Shown here one piece after another: positions 63,089 through 64,000 of a stretch of DNA of 64,000 nt (position 1 is the first letter of the stretch; every line of letters starts with the position of its first letter). Source of the DNA: Selaginella moellendorffii (taxonomy: Eukaryota; Plantae; Lycopodiophyta). The stretch covers positions 1,316,851 to 1,380,850 of the forward strand of contig NW_003314274.1 of the NCBI RefSeq assembly GCF_000143415.4, given 5' to 3'. The notes beneath the pieces are model-generated. The model saw nothing but the letters and a program-made list of their open reading frames with translations. It searched no databases and had not been told where the DNA came from. Made by a program: the position numbers and the translations under genes.

Positions 63089-64000
<912 letters not shown>

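Overview
Gene-dense eukaryotic DNA from a seed-free land plant. Introns of about 45-60 nt, a PLS-class PPR gene, a ciliary gene (KATNIP) and sub-100-bp intergenic gaps suggest a lycophyte such as Selaginella (inference, not a database result). Bases 1-8.7 kb are an AT-rich, CpG-starved degenerate repeat block. Intact genes that follow: RBM41-like minor-spliceosome RRM protein, a coiled-coil protein, UXT, a RING protein, a membrane protein, a CYP72-clan P450, MSH6, KATNIP (with a clear U12-type intron), two germin-like proteins, a UGT, plastid RPL13, an SDN-like exonuclease, P5CS, VPS51, a fungal-type FAD oxidase, a PPR and a fungal-type hemerythrin. Pseudogenes include a tonoplast sugar transporter with an internal inversion, GDSL, UGT, LHCA3 and alpha-tubulin. 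Three tandem duplications can be reconstructed, two with readable microhomology junctions. One duplicate carries a ~4-kb insertion encoding an FCP1/NIF-like HAD phosphatase whose catalytic motif is missed by the ORF track. Family assignments come from recognised motifs; multi-exon gene limits are approximate where stated.
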